This document shows positions 35,301 through 48,739 of a stretch of 64,000 bases of DNA, one piece after another (the first letter of the stretch is position 1; each line of letters begins with the position of its first letter). The notes beneath the pieces were generated by a model that was given only the letters and a program-made list of their open reading frames with translations, did not search any database and was not told the DNA's origin. Source of the DNA: Malacoraja senta (lineage: Eukaryota); the NCBI GenBank assembly GCA_038087875.1, contig CM075994.1, positions 1,116,001-1,180,000 on the forward strand, written 5' to 3'. The position numbers and the translations under genes are program-made.

Positions 35301-36252
35301 TCCCCGCACACGGACACTACTCAACACACACACTGGGGACGATTTATAATTTTACCAAGGGAATGAACCAACAAACCCGTACGTCTTTGGAATGTGAAAT
35401 GAAGCCGGAGCTCCCTGGGAAAACCCACGCAGGTCACGGAAGGAACGTCTAAACTCGTGAACGCAGCAGCCGTGCTGAGGATCGAACCTGGGTCTGTGGC
35501 AGGGTAAGGCAGTAAATAACCGCTGCGCCTCCGTGCCACCTTTATCGTAAAACCGAAATTGGCTGATGAGGAATGGGATGAAATGTCCCCTGGAGATTTA
35601 ATGGCCATTTCAGTCCGTCTAATCTATGCCGGCTCAAAGCGCGTTTACTCACGAATTTTCCACATGATATTTTCCTCCCGATTTCCTTCACTTCTTCCTG
35701 ATCCTCCTAGTCTCCTGCATGCAATGAGCAATTTATAGTGGGTGTTAACCAACCGGCACCTCAGATTAGGCATTTGAGAGGAAACCGCAGCGCAGAGAGG
35801 AAATCCGCGCGGTTACGTGGAGAATTGATGAACTCCACACAAACAGGTGCAGAGGTCGATATTGACCCAGACACCCTCCAGCAGTCCAGCCGCAGTTCCC
35901 CTGATATGCATTTCCCTGTTCTAAATATTGCTCGCATTATAATTCATGTTCGATGGGAAAACATATCGGCTTACAGCTGATCACCCGTTTAGACTGTAGA
36001 CTTTAGCGATTCAGCACGGAAACGGGGCTTTCGGTTCATGAAATCCGCACTTTCCACAATCACAGCGTACACTAGAACAATCCTACACACTAAGAACAAC
36101 GTCCAATTTCACTAAAACCAATCAACCTACAAAACTGTACGTCTTTGGGGTGTGGGAGGCAACCTGAATGACCGGGAAAAAACACGCAGGTCACGGGGTG
36201 AACGTACAAACTCCGTACAGACAGCAGCCAGGTATATGGACACACTGATGGT

Positions 36253-37068
36253 ATATGTGAGGTTATCCACTTTGGTGGCAAAAACACGAAAGTAGATTAT
36301 TATCTGAATGGTGGCCGATTAGGAAAAGGGGAGATGCAACGAGACCTGGGTGTCATGGTACACCAGTCATTGAAAGTAGGCATGCATGTGCAGCAGGCAG
36401 AGAAGAAAGCGAATGGTATGTTAGCATTCATAGCAAAAGGATTTGAGTATAGGAGCAGGGAGGTTCTACTGCAGTTGTACAGGGTCTTGGTGAGACCACA
36501 CCTGGAGTATTGCGTAGAGTTTTGGTCTCCTAATCTGAGGAAAGACATTCTTGCCATAGAGGGAGTACAGAGAAGGTTCACCAGACAGATTCCTGGGATG
36601 TCAGGACTTTCATATGAAGAAAGACTGGATAGACTCGGTTTGTACTCGCTAGAATTTAGAAGATTGAGGGGGCTTCATATAGAAACGTCCAAAATTCTTA
36701 AGGGGTTGAACAGGCTAGATGCAGGAAGATTGTTCCCGATGTTGGGGAAGTCCAGAACAAGGGGTCACAGTTTAAGGATAAGGGGGAAATCTTTTAGGAC
36801 CGAGATGAGGAAAACATTTTTCACACAGAGAGTGGTGAATCTCTGGAATTCTCTGCCACATAAGGTAGTTGAGGCCAGTTCATTGGCTATATTTAAGAGG
36901 GAGTTAGATGTGGCCCTTGTGGCTAAAGGGATAAGGGGGTATGGAGAGAAAGCAGGTATAGGATACTGAGTTGGATGATCAGCCATGATCATATTGAATG
37001 GCGGTGCAGGCTCGAAGGGCCGAATGGCCTACTCCTGCACCTATTTTCTATGTTTCTATGTTTCTATG
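36253..37068 (+). mobile_element. Young CR1 3' fragment (in the GPCR intron), very similar to 43945-44757
   Basis: Open 211-aa RT C-terminus (QRDLGVMVHQSL...RTRGHSLRI...LWNSLP), CR1 tail and (TTTCTATG)n end. Confidence 0.9.
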
Positions 37069-37290
37069 GAACGGTACAGCACATGAATAGACCATTTGGC
37101 CCACGATGTCCATGCCGAACATGATAAATTATTCCAAGCTAAATTATTCCTCTCTGCCTGCAACTGACCCATTTCTCTCCATTCTCACCATATCCGTGTG
37201 CCTATCTAAAACAGACACAAAATAGACATACAAAGCTGGAGAAACTCACCGGGTCAGGCAGCATCTCTGGAGAAAACGAATTGGTGGCAA

Positions 37291-38547
37291 TAGATAATAG
37301 TAAATATGTACAGGAGTAGGCCATACGACCCTTCAAGCCAGCACCGCCATTCAATGTGATCATGGTTGATCATCCCCAATCAGTACCCCGTTCCTGCCTT
37401 CTCCCCACATCCCCTGAATCCGTTATTTGTAAGTGCCCTATCTAGCTCTCTGTTGAAAGTTTCCAGAGAACCGGGCTCCACCGCCCTCTGAGGCAGAGAA
37501 TTCCACAGACTCACAACTGTCTGTGTGAAAAAGTGTTTCCTCATCTCCGTTCTAAATGGCTTGCCCCTTATTCTCAAACTGTGACCCCTGGTTCTGGACT
37601 CACCCAACATCGGGAACATGTTTCCTGCCTCTAGCGTGTCCAAACCCTTAATAGTCTTATATATTTCAGTAAGATCCCCTCTCATCTTTCTAAATCCCAG
37701 AGTATACAAGCCCAACCGCTCAATTCTCTTAGCACATGACAGTCCCGCCATCCCGGGAATTAACCTTGTGAACCTACGCTGCATTCCCTCAATAGCAAGA
37801 ATGTCCTTCCCCAAATTTGGAGACCAAACTGCACACAATACTCCAGGTGTGGTCGCACTAGGGCCCTGTACAGCTGCATGTACAAAGAAGGACCTCTTTT
37901 CTCCTATACTAAACTCCACTTGTTATGAAGGTCAACATGCCGTTCGCTTTCTTCACTGCCTGCTGTACCTGCATGCTTTCTTTCATAGACTGACGAACAA
38001 GGACCCCAGATCCCGTTGTACTTTCCCTTTTCCCAACTTGACACCATTTAGATAATAATCTTCCTCCCTGTTTTTGCTACCAAAGTGGAGAACCACACAT
38101 TTATCCACATTAAACTGCATCTGCCATGCGTCTGCCCACTCACCCAATCTGTCCAAGTAACCCTGGATTCGCATAACATCCTCCTCACAGTTCACACTGC
38201 CACCCAGCTTTGCGTCATCTGCAAATTTGTTAATGTTACTTGTAATCCCTTCATCTAAATCATTAATATATATTGTAAATAGCTGCGGTCCCAGCACCTT
38301 GCGGTACCCCAAGAGTCATTGCCTGCCATTCTGAAAGGGAAACGTTAAACCCTACTCTTTGTTTCCTGTCTGCCAACCAATTTTTTATCCATGTCAGCAC
38401 TCTACCCCCAATCCCATGGGCCCTAATTTTGCCCACTAATCTCCTATGTGGGACTTTATCAAATACTTTCTGAAAGTCCAGATACACTGCATCCACTGGC
38501 TCCCCCTTGTCCATTTTCCTAGTTACATCGTCAAAAAATTCCAGAAA
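37291..38547 (-). mobile_element. CR1 LINE fragment (in the GPCR intron)
   Basis: YLDFQKVFDKVPH, FADDAKLGG and RTRGHSLRI on the minus strand. Confidence 0.9.
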
Positions 38548-39368
38548 GAATTTCTGGTCCAGACCCTTCTTCAGACTAAAAGCCTCATCAATGCCACTGC
38601 TGCATCTGCCTCGGTCACCACCACTGCCAGTGCAATCCAGGTACACACCGCCCTCTGTGTAAAACAAAACCCTGCTCCTCGCATCTCCTTTAGACTTTGT
38701 CCCTCTCATTCTAGATCTGTGCTCTCTAAGCTTTGTTTCCCACGAGGAATGTAAGGCGGAATTTCGAACCAGCTATTGGAACATGTAATTAAGTTTCTAT
38801 CTGATTTCCCGCTTTGTCGCATTGGAGACGCTAAGATACAGACACAGACTTCAGAGCGAGAAGCAATGAACACATTTGGGGATCACGAGGTTGTAATGAG
38901 GGGTTTAAATTGTTAGTCGCACTGGTTTCTAGATTAAAGTAGTGAGCTGGCAGAGATGCCGTCTCGCGGCTCCAGACACCCGGGTTCGACCATGAACTCG
39001 AGTGCTCTCAGTGTGGAGGTTATTCCTTCTCCCTGTGACTGTGGGTTTCCTTCCGGTTCTCCGGTTTCTTCCCACATTCCAAAGACCTGTAGGTTGGGAG
39101 GTAAATTGGCTTCTGTAAATTATCCCTGATATGTAGGACAGAACGCGCGTACGGATGATCGTTTGTCGGCGCGTACTCGGTGGGCCCGAGGGCCTGTTTC
39201 CACGTTGTACCTCTAAAAAAAACACGATGGACTCTATTTTCGCTCGTTACATGTCGATTAGTATTTGGCTGCCAATACTAAATCAAACAGACAATTAAGA
39301 ATACACTTCCACTTAACAACACAGTACTACACAACGAAAAGATTAACAGATGATAATAAGCGGCTTAC

Positions 39369-39438
39369 CAGGAACGCCGATGATAGCAAGGATCGGATAG
39401 TAAATGTTTTCTAGCTGAATTATTACCGGTTGTTTCAT
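39369..39438 (-). CDS. GPR139-like GPCR, coding exon 1 (MKQPVIIQLENIYYPILAIIGVP)
   Basis: ATG at 39438, donor CCT G|GTAAGC. The phase-1 intron 32323-39368 joins in frame to exon 2, giving ...IGVPANMVAIL... and a 318-aa product. Absent from the ORF track. Confidence 0.88.
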
Positions 39439-39439
39439 A

Positions 39440-39560
39440 TTAGCCTTTCCAGTCAATGCTGCCACAGTTTATACTCGGGAGAAATCTAGTCACTCATCAG
39501 CAGGGTAAAATGATTGGGACAAGTGGCAGTCTTTTAAACAGGCAAAATTGGCCAGATGCC
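39440..39560 (-). promoter_or_regulatory. Putative compact promoter of the GPCR: TATAAA (39468-39473) and CCAAT boxes (about 39513 and 39548)
   Basis: Minus strand GAGTATAAACTG about 30 nt upstream of the ATG, with CCCAATCA and GGCCAATT further upstream. Confidence 0.5.
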
Positions 39561-39969
39561 AATTAGGACTAATTAAATTAGTGCGCAATATTTTCCGCCG
39601 AAATGAAGCAAACGATAACATTTTAATTAGAAACACACGTTTCATAATATGCCAGAATTCTCCAGTTGTTATGGAAAAAATAGTCCTGGATTTGCGGATC
39701 TATTTTTGCAGACACATGCGAGGGCCGTGCAGAAACCTATGGACATGTATATTTTCTTTTTTCTTTTTTACTTTTCATTTCTTAATTCAATTTTAATTTC
39801 AAGTTTTCGTGTTCCTTGTTGGGTGTTATGATTGTTGGCACACCAATTTCCCTCCGGGGACGAATAAAGTTCTAACATATTGTATCGCAATAGATTCGCA
39901 GAATCAGGGGATGTTAGCAACGTTTCTATCGTGCATCGAGATTGCCTCTTTCTTCTTAAAATCGTAAGA

Positions 39970-41790
39970 TCATACGATCATGTGATAGGAGCAGAATTAG
40001 GCCATTCGGCCCATGAAGTCTACTCCGCCATTCAACCATGGCTGATCTATTTCTCACTCATAACCTCATTCTCGTGCCTTCTTCCCATAACATCTGACAG
40101 CCGTACTAATCAAGAATCTATCTGTATCTGCCTTAAATATATCCAATAACGGCCTCCACAACCTTCTGGGGCACAGATTCACCTCCATCTGACTAAAGAA
40201 ATCCCTCCTAATCTCCTTAGTAATAAAACGTCCTTTAATTCGGACTCTCGTCTTCGTCGCTCCCACTAGTGGAAACATCCTCTACACATCCACTCACTAT
40301 TATGTATGTTTCAATAATTCCCCCCCCCCCCCCCATTCCTCTAAATTCGAGCGAGTGCTGGCCTAGTGCCGATAAACGTTCATCATAGGTTAACCTACTC
40401 ATTCCTGAGATCATTCTTATCAACGTCTCCTGGACCCTCTCCAGAGCCAGCACACTCTTCCTCCGATATGGTGCTCAAAATTGCTCACAATATTCCAAAT
40501 ACGGTCTTACCAGCGCCTGAAAGAGCCACAGCATTACATCCCTGTTTTTGTATACGTCCTCTTGAAATAAATTGTCACTGCACCGTTTCCCTCGCGCTCT
40601 CTATTGTACTGGAGTTTGGCTCGATTGTATTCATGCATAGTATTAGCAGATTTTGATCCGATAACTTTAAATCCGGAACACTTTTTGGAATAAAACTAAA
40701 TGGACGCCGATCTTCGATATTCATTAATTAAATGACCCAATTGAGTTCCGTCCGTGTTTCACGCACTCTGGCTAAAGTGGATCGCCCGCACTGAAATGGA
40801 CTCAGAGTCACGTAGTTCTAGAGTCATGAAGACAGAAACAGACCCTTCGGCCCACCTTCTCTCTGCTGGCAAATCAAATGCCCATCTACACTGATCCCAT
40901 TCACCAGCACTTGGCGAGTAACCTTCTATACACTGGGGCTTGAAGTGATTGTCCAGATAGTTCTTAAATATTGTGAGAATTTCTGCCTCCACAATCCGGA
41001 CAGCCAGTATGTTCCAGATTACAATCAGCCTCTGTGGGATTAATTGTTCTTCAGATCCCCTTTAAACCAACTACCTTTCCCTGAACCCACATTATCTAGT
41101 TTTAGATACAACTGGCATGTTTGAAAGTCTATCGAATATAGAACAGGGACGGGCACGTGTGCCAACAATGTCTGTGTCAAACACGATGCTACGTTAAAGT
41201 AATCTCCTCAGACTATATGTGATTTATTTCCATCCCTATCCATCCATATTCTTCCATATCCCACCATATCACTCCGTCTTAAACACCACTATCTCTCCAC
41301 ACCACCATCTCTGTCACCGCGTTCCAGGCACTCGTCGCTCTCTGTGTAAACAAAAAGTTGCCCTGCACATTTCCTTTCAAATCTCCCCCTCTGACCTTAA
41401 AGCTGTGCCCTTTAATCTTTGACGTTTCCACCCTGCGGGGAAAGAAAACCTGTCGACCCTATCTATTTCTCTCTTACTTTTCTGTGCTTCTATAAGTTTT
41501 CCTTTCAACATTTGATGCTTCAGAGAAATCAGTCCAGGTTTGTCAAACCTTTCCTACACCCGAATTCAGGTATTCTCCTCTGAACCACTTCTGCAGCACC
41601 CTCTCCTGAGCCTTCGTATCCAGCCTGTAATGGAACGACCAGAACTACATGCAATGGTCCGAATGTGGCCTGACCACAGTTCTGTAAAGCTACAACTTGA
41701 CTCTTATATTCAATGTCGCCACCGATGAAGGCATGCACACTTTGCACCTTTTTAATCACTGTATCTGCTTGTGTTGATACTTACATGGAG
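39970..41790 (-). mobile_element. Cluster of degenerate CR1 3' remnants
   Basis: LALERVQ..IRMISGM..LTYDERL and IEYKSQ.V.LQ peptides, with CR1 tails. Confidence 0.6.
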
Positions 41791-42254
41791 CTATGGACTT
41801 GCTCTGCAAGAACCCTCTATAGATCGTTTCTAGTATTTACTATATCCACGCCCCTCATAATTGTTTGCACCTCTATCGGCACAGCGGTCGAGTTGCTGCA
41901 TCACAGCGCCAGAGCCCTGGGTAAAATCCTGACAACGTGTGCTGTCTGTACGGAGTTTGTACCTTCTCCCCGTGATGGCGTGGGTTTTCTCCGGGTGCAT
42001 TTTTTCCTCCCACACTCCAAAGACGCACGGGTTTGTAGGTTAATTGGTTTCGGTACAAAATATAAATTGTGCCTAGTAGTGTCGGTTAGTGCTAGTGCAC
42101 GGGTTATCGCTGGACGGCGCGGACTCGGTGGGCCGAAGGGCCTGTTTCTGCGCTGTATCTCGAAAGTAAGCTAAACTATCCATCTAGCCTTCTGCGTTGC
42201 ATGGAAATAAAATGATGCCTCTTCAACAGTTATAATGGGTGACTTCAATTATAA

Positions 42255-44757
42255 GGCAAAACTGTTATAATGGGTGACTTCAATCTACATATAGATTGGG
42301 TGAATCAAATTGGCAGGGGTGCTGAGGAAGAGGATGTCTTGGAATGTATGCGGGATAGTTTTCGAAACCAACATGTAGAGGAACAAACGAGAGAGCAGGC
42401 TATTCTAGACTGGGTATTGAGTAATGAGGACGGATTAGTTAGCAGTGTTGTTGTGCGTGGCCCCATGGGCAAGAGTGACCATAATATGGTTGAGTTCTTC
42501 ATTAGGATGGGGAGTGACATAATTAATTCAGAAACACGGGTTCTGAATTTAAAGAAAGGTAACTTTGAGGGTATGAGACGTGAATTGGCCAAGATAGACT
42601 GGCAATTGATTCTTAAAGGGTTGACGGTGGATATGCAATGGAATGCATTTAAAGACTGCATGGATGAACTACAACAATTGTTCATCCCAGTTTGGCAAAG
42701 GAATAAATCAGGGAAGGTAGTGCATCCGTGAATAACAAGGGAAATCAGGGATAGTATCAAAACAAAAGATGAAGCAGACAAATTAGCCAGAAAAAGCAGC
42801 CTACCAGAGGACTGGGAGATATTCAGTCCAGCAGAGGAGGACAAAGGGCTCAATTAGGAAAGGGAAAATAGATTATGAAAGAAAACTGGCAGGGAACATA
42901 AAAACTGACTGCAAAAGTTTGTATAGGTATGTGAAGAGAAAAAGATTAGTTAAAACAAATGTAGGTCCCTTGCAGTCAGAAACAGGTGAATTGATCATGG
43001 GGAACAAGGACATGGCAGACTAATTGAATAACTACTTTGGTTCTGTCTTCACTAAGAAAGACATAAATAATCTGCCGGAAAAAGCAGGGGACCGGGGGTC
43101 AAATGAGATGGAGGAACTGAGTGAAATCCAGGTTAGCCGGGAAGTGGTGTTAGGTAAATTGAATGGATTAAAGGCCGATAAATCCCCAGGGCCAGATAGG
43201 CTGCATCCCAGAGTACTTAAGGAAGTAGCCCCAGAAATAGTGGATGCATTAGTGATCATTTTTCAAAACTCTTTGGATTCTGGAGTAGTTCCTGAGGATT
43301 GGAGGGTAGCTAATGTAACCCCACTTTTTAAAAAGGGAGGGAGAGAGAAAACGGGGAATTACAGACCAGTTAGTCTAACATCGGTAGTGGGGAAACTGCT
43401 AGAGTCAGTTATTAAAGATGGGATAGCAGCAAATTTGGAAAGTGGTGAAATCATTGGACAAAGTTAGCATGGATTTATGAAAGGTAAATCATGTCTGACG
43501 AATCTTATAGAATTTTTCGAGGATGTAACTACTAGAGGGGATAAGGGAGAACCAGTGGATGTGTTATATCTGGACTTTCAGAAGGCTTTCGACAAGTTCC
43601 CACATAAGAAATTAGTATACAAACTTAAAGCACACGATATTGGGGGTTCAGTATTGATGTGGATAGAGAACTGTCTGGCAGACAGGAACGAAACGGGTCC
43701 TTATCAGAATGGCAGGCAGTGACTAGCGGGGTACCGCAAGGCTCAGTGCTGGGACCCCAGCTATTTACAATATATATTAATGATTTGGACGAGGGAATTG
43801 AATGCAACGTCTCCAAGTTTGTGGATGACACGAAGCTGGGGGGGCAGTGTTAGCTGTGAGGATGATGCTAGGAGGCTGCAAGGTGAGTTGGATAGGCTGG
43901 GTGAGTGGGGAGATGCATGGCAGATGCAGTATAATGTGGATATATGTGAGTTTATCCACTTTGGTGGCAAAAACAGGAAAGTAGACTATTATCTGAATGG
44001 TGGCCGATTAGGAAAAGGGGAGATGCAACGAGACCTGGGTGTCATGGTACACCAGTCATTGAAAGTAGGCATGCAGGCGCAGCAGGCAGTGAAGAAAGCG
44101 AATGGTATGTTAGCATTCATAGCAAAAGGATTTGAGTATAGGAGCAGGGTGGTTCTACTGCAGTTGTACAGGGTCTTGGTGAGACCACACCTGGAGTATT
44201 GTGTACAGTTTTGGTCTCCTAATCTGAGGAAAGACATTCTTGCCATAGAGGGAGTACAGAGAAGGTTCACCAGACTGCTTCCTGGGATGTCTAGAGTTTC
44301 ATATGAAGAAAGACTGGATAGACTCGGCTTGTACTCGCTGGAATTTAGAAGATTGAAGAGGGATCTTATAGATACTTACAAAATTCTTAAGTGATTGGAC
44401 AGGCTAGATGCAGGAAGATTGTTTCCGATGTTGGGGAAGTCCAGAACAAGGGGTCACAATTTAAGGATAAGGGGGGTGTCTTTTGGGACTGAGATGAGAA
44501 AAACATTTTTCACACAGAGAGTGGTGAATCTCTGGAATTCTTTGCCACAGAAGGTAGTTGAGGCCAGTTCATTGGCTATATTTAAGAGGGAGTTAGATGT
44601 GGCCCTTGTGGCTAAGGGGATCAGGGGGTATGGAGAGAAGGCAGGTACGGGATACTGAGTTGGATGATCAGCCATGATCATATTGAATGGCGGTGCAGGC
44701 TCGAAGGGCTGAATGGCCTACTCCTGCACCTATTTTCTATGTTTCTATGTTTCTATA
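42255..44757 (+). mobile_element. CR1 LINE, 5'-truncated (end of EN plus RT and 3' tail), several stops
   Basis: [51 protein letters not shown]; (TTTCTATG)n tail. Confidence 0.92.
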
Positions 44758-46019
44758 TTTCAACAGATCCCCGCAGCTGAACAGCTGTGGTCAACTCTAA
44801 ATGGAGCATCTTGGTCAGCGCCGACGAGTTGGACCAAAGTGACTGTTTCCAGGCTGTATGACTCTAAGACTCTCGTTGAACTGCACAGCAAAAACAAACT
44901 CTGGAAAAGTGGCTTGAATGGGTTCAGAGAAGATTTACTAGGATATTGCCAGTACTATAGGGTGTAAGCTATAGGGAGAGGTTTAGTAGGCTGGATTTAT
45001 ATTCCTTGGAGCGCAGGAGGATGAGGAGTGAACATATAGAGAGGAATAGATCTGGCAGATGCACAGAATCACATGCCTAGAGTTGGGGAATCGAGGACTA
45101 GAGGACATAGATTCAATGAGAAGGAGAAAAGATTTACTAGGAATCTGAGGTGTAACTTTTTCAATCAAAGGGTGGTGGGTGAATGTAACAAGCTGCTAGA
45201 GGAGTAGTTGAGTTTGCGATTATCCCACCGTTTAAAAAACAGTTACAGGTACATGAATAGGACAAGTTAGGAGGGATATGGACCAAGCGCAGGCAGGTGT
45301 TGCTAATGAAGTTGGGATATGTTGGCGGGTATAGGTATGTTGGGCCGCAGGGCCTTTCTTCACACTCTATAGTTCCAGTTTTCGCTCTTTATTTAATACT
45401 GTTTTATAACCAGATGTCAGATTTATTGGTCGTTGTGCTGGGACTCATGATGTGACTTATGGAAGTAGGAGGTTACATTTCCGTAGGGATACCTTCTACA
45501 GAGGAATCAACATGCTTTTAGGAATGTAGGATTGAACCAGTGCGAGGAATGGACTTTCTCTGCATCCCTGCGTGTAAATTGAGACAAACACAATGTTTTC
45601 GTTTAGTTTAGAGATACAACGGAGAAATATGCCCTTCGGCCCAGCAAGTCCGCACCGAGCAGCGATCGCCGCTCACTAACACTAGTCCTACACACTAGGA
45701 ACAATTTACACTTATACCATGCCAATTAACCTACAACCCTGTATGTCGTTGGAATGTGACAGGAAACCGAAAATCTCGGAGAATACCCATGCGGTCACGG
45801 GGAGACCGTAAAAACTCCATACAAAGAGCGCCCGTAGTCGGGATCGATCCCGGGTCCCAAGCGATGTAAGTGCTCTAAGACTGCAACTCTACCATTGCGC
45901 CGCTTGAAATTATCCTCCAAGGGTTGGCAGAGGGCTCTTCAATAATTCAATTATTCTGTGTATGGGGATTGTCTTGTCATAATTATCAAAGGGCAGATCT
46001 AATCTTTTGACATTCTCTC

Positions 46020-46545
46020 TGATAGACATAAAAATCTGGAATAACTCAGCGAGTCCGGCAGCTTCTCTGGAAAAAATAAATAGCCGACGTTTCAGGTCGA
46101 GACCCTTCTTCAGACTAGAAGTTAGGCGATAGGGAAACGATAGATAGGAACAGAAAATATGAATAACAGGTATTGAAAAGGACAAATCAAAGCCAGCAAC
46201 GGTGGAGCCCACGTTGGCTCATTGTTGGCTGTGGAGAAGGTGATAACGAGTGGATACAAACAGTGAAACTCTATATTACAACTCTGAAACTAGTATGACG
46301 ACAGGGGTGGGATGGGGCAGAGAGAGAGGGGAAACAAGGGTTACTTGAAGTTAGAGAACTGAATATTCATGTCGCTGGGTTATAAGCTGCCCCAGTGATA
46401 TATGGCTGTTCAATTTGCATTTGCCCTCACTTTGACAGTGGAGGAGACCCAGGATAGAATGGTCAGTATAGGAATGGGAGGGGGCTTAATGTATTTGGCA
46501 ACCGGGAGATTGATGTGACCAAGGCGGACTGAGTATAGATGTGTG
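46020..46545 (-). mobile_element. Penelope-like 3' end with hammerhead core at 46086-46113
   Basis: Penelope C-terminal sequence (...LGSL.PSDMNIQFSNFK*) followed by CTGAAGA-A-GGGTCTCGACCT-GAAACGTC. Confidence 0.75.
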
Positions 46546-47397
46546 GCGTGTCTGAACAGGAATGGGGTAAGTGACAACATATCTCAAAATAATGCGCGTC
46601 CATGACACAAGTCACCATGAAACACGGCAAAGGACTTGGTTCGGGTGGTTAATAAATATTGGGACTGTAATATTATTATCCTCATTTTCCAGTTAAACAC
46701 CATCAACACCCATCAAAATGTTGCGAAGATCGACCAGATTCTGCCTCAGCATTTACAGGTATCCAATCCTATTGAGTCTCTCCTTCTGATCTAGTTGTTC
46801 CATCACATAAACAGTTGAATCATCTAGACATTCTTTAATTTGCAAACATGTACTTTTTACGGTTATATTGACCAGAACTGTACACTCAGCAACTGTGAGC
46901 TAAGCAACGTTTTATGAATGTTTGGGAAGGAACTGCGGATGCTGATTTACACCGAAGGTGGACACAAAATGCTGGGAAACTCAGCGGAACAGGCAGCGTC
47001 TCTGGGTAGAAGGAAAAGGTGACATTTCGAGTCGAGACCCTTCTTCAAACTCAGTGTTTTATGATATTGCACCATACCATCACTGATTTCATGTTCTATG
47101 CCGCAGCTGGTGTTGGCAAGTATATCACAGACTCATTCAGCGTGGTAACAGGCCCTCCGGCTCAACCTGCCTGGGACATGTTGGCCGGTGTGGGCAAGTT
47201 GAACCGAAGGACCTGCAAAGCAGGATCTTCCACCTCAACGACACAATGCTCATTTAATCACTGGTTTTCCAAGTGTGAATTAATTGTTTCCCTGAGAAGC
47301 TTTACTTAGAACGCCCGTGCCACTGATGTTAGATTCACTGCTCTGTAATGACCTGCCTGTTGTCTGCTGTTCTTCTTGAATAAAGATACTTCATTTA

Positions 47398-47748
47398 TGC
47401 CCCTGTCCCACTTAGGAAACCTGCACGGAAACCTCTGGAGATTTTGCGCCCCACCCAAGGTTTCCGTGCGGTTCCCGGAGGTTTTTGTCAGTCTCCCTAA
47501 TGGTCGGATGTGGTTTTCGCTTCTTCTATGTTCCGGCGATTATTTCAAAAAATTCAAAACCGGCCGCGACTAAAAATAGGTTGCCGTTTTAAAAATCGGT
47601 AATTTTTTAGTCGAAGCCGGTTGCGATGCTAGTTGAAGATGGTTGCCGGAGGTTGCAGGTAGTGGAAGGTAAGACATTCCACTACCTGCAACCTCCGGCA
47701 ACCACCTCCAGAGGTTTCCGTTCAGGTTTCCTGAGTGGGACAGGGGCA
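47398..47748. mobile_element. PIF/Harbinger-type MITE
   Basis: 43-bp TIRs (TGCCCCTGTCCCACTTAGGAAACCTG..., 2 mismatches), TTA TSD at 47395-47397 and 47749-47751, and an internal perfect 27-bp hairpin at 47641-47703. Confidence 0.88.
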
Positions 47749-48009
47749 TTACTCTGTCCGTCGTGCGGTATTTAACAAGTGCTTAGTTTAGTTTAGAGAT
47801 ACACAGCGGAAACAGGTCCTTCGACCCACAGAGTCCGCGCTGCCCAGCGGTCCCAGCACATTAACATTAGTCTACACGCACTAGGGACAATTTACAACAT
47901 TACCGAAGCCAATTAACCTGTGTGGGAGGAACTCGGAGCGCCCTGAGAAAACCCATGCGGCACCAACTCCGAACAGACAGCAGCCGTGGTCAGAATCGAA
48001 CCCGGAATT

Positions 48010-48658
48010 TCAAGCCAACAAAACACATTTGCTGAAAGCCCTTTAAAAAGCCAACCCTATTGGGCAAAAACACTTTGCTAGCCAACAAAACACATTTGCT
48101 GAAAGCCCTTTAAAAAGCCAACCCAATTGGGCAAAAACACTTAGCAAGTCAACAAAACACATTTGCTGAAAGCCCTTTAAAAAGCCAACCCAATTGGGCA
48201 AAAACACTTTGCAAGCCAACAAAACACATTTGCTGAAAGCCCTTTAAAAAGCCAACCCAATTGGGCAAACACTTTGCAAACAACAAACACATTTGCTGAA
48301 AACCATAACCCGGGGACTCACCGTGGAGTAGACGTGCGTTCAGTGTTTTTCGCAGCTCAGAGAGCCGTGACCCTCTCGCTTCCTCCGTCTGGCAGAGACT
48401 GAGAGAGCCACGACACTTCCGGGTTTTATAGTCCGTCCCCCCTGCCGCCAGCGAGGGCAGCAGAGAGAATGGCGAATTTTATTTAAACATTGATAATCGA
48501 TGATTTAAATAAAATGAGAAAAATCCTCCGGTCCAGTCCGGCGGAGGGGGGCTCTGAACGAGGTGGCCAGAACTGACGGCCGTAAGTGGCGGCGATCTCT
48601 CAGAAATCACATCACAGTAAGTCAAAAGCGGTCAAGATCTCAGTTTTAGTAATATAGA
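48010..48658 (-). mobile_element. Non-autonomous Helitron-like 5' portion carrying a 67-bp tandem array (48012-48300, about 4.3 units)
   Basis: Minus strand begins A|TCTATATTACTAAAA at 48658, a Helitron-type 5' TC end. Units start at 48016, 48083, 48150 and 48217. No 3' CTRR end seen. Confidence 0.55.
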
Positions 48659-48739
48659 TATGTGCCCACTCAGAATGGACAATACGTTTTAGCGCTGTTC
48701 TTGTTTTGTATATGTTTTTATAGTATACAAAATATACAT

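Noticed and set aside
36253-44757. Near-identity of 36253-37068 and 43945-44757 as another segmental duplication
   Set aside because: Similarity is confined to CR1 sequence and ends at the tail, which fits independent insertions of one young subfamily.
25178-48005. tRNA-like sequences with B-boxes
   Set aside because: All are heads of HE1/V-SINE-like SINEs; no complete cloverleaf tRNA gene was seen.
48012-48300. CRISPR-like appearance of the 67-bp array (also the 51-bp and 91-bp arrays)
   Set aside because: Whole units repeat with no unique spacers, there are no cas genes, and the context is eukaryotic.
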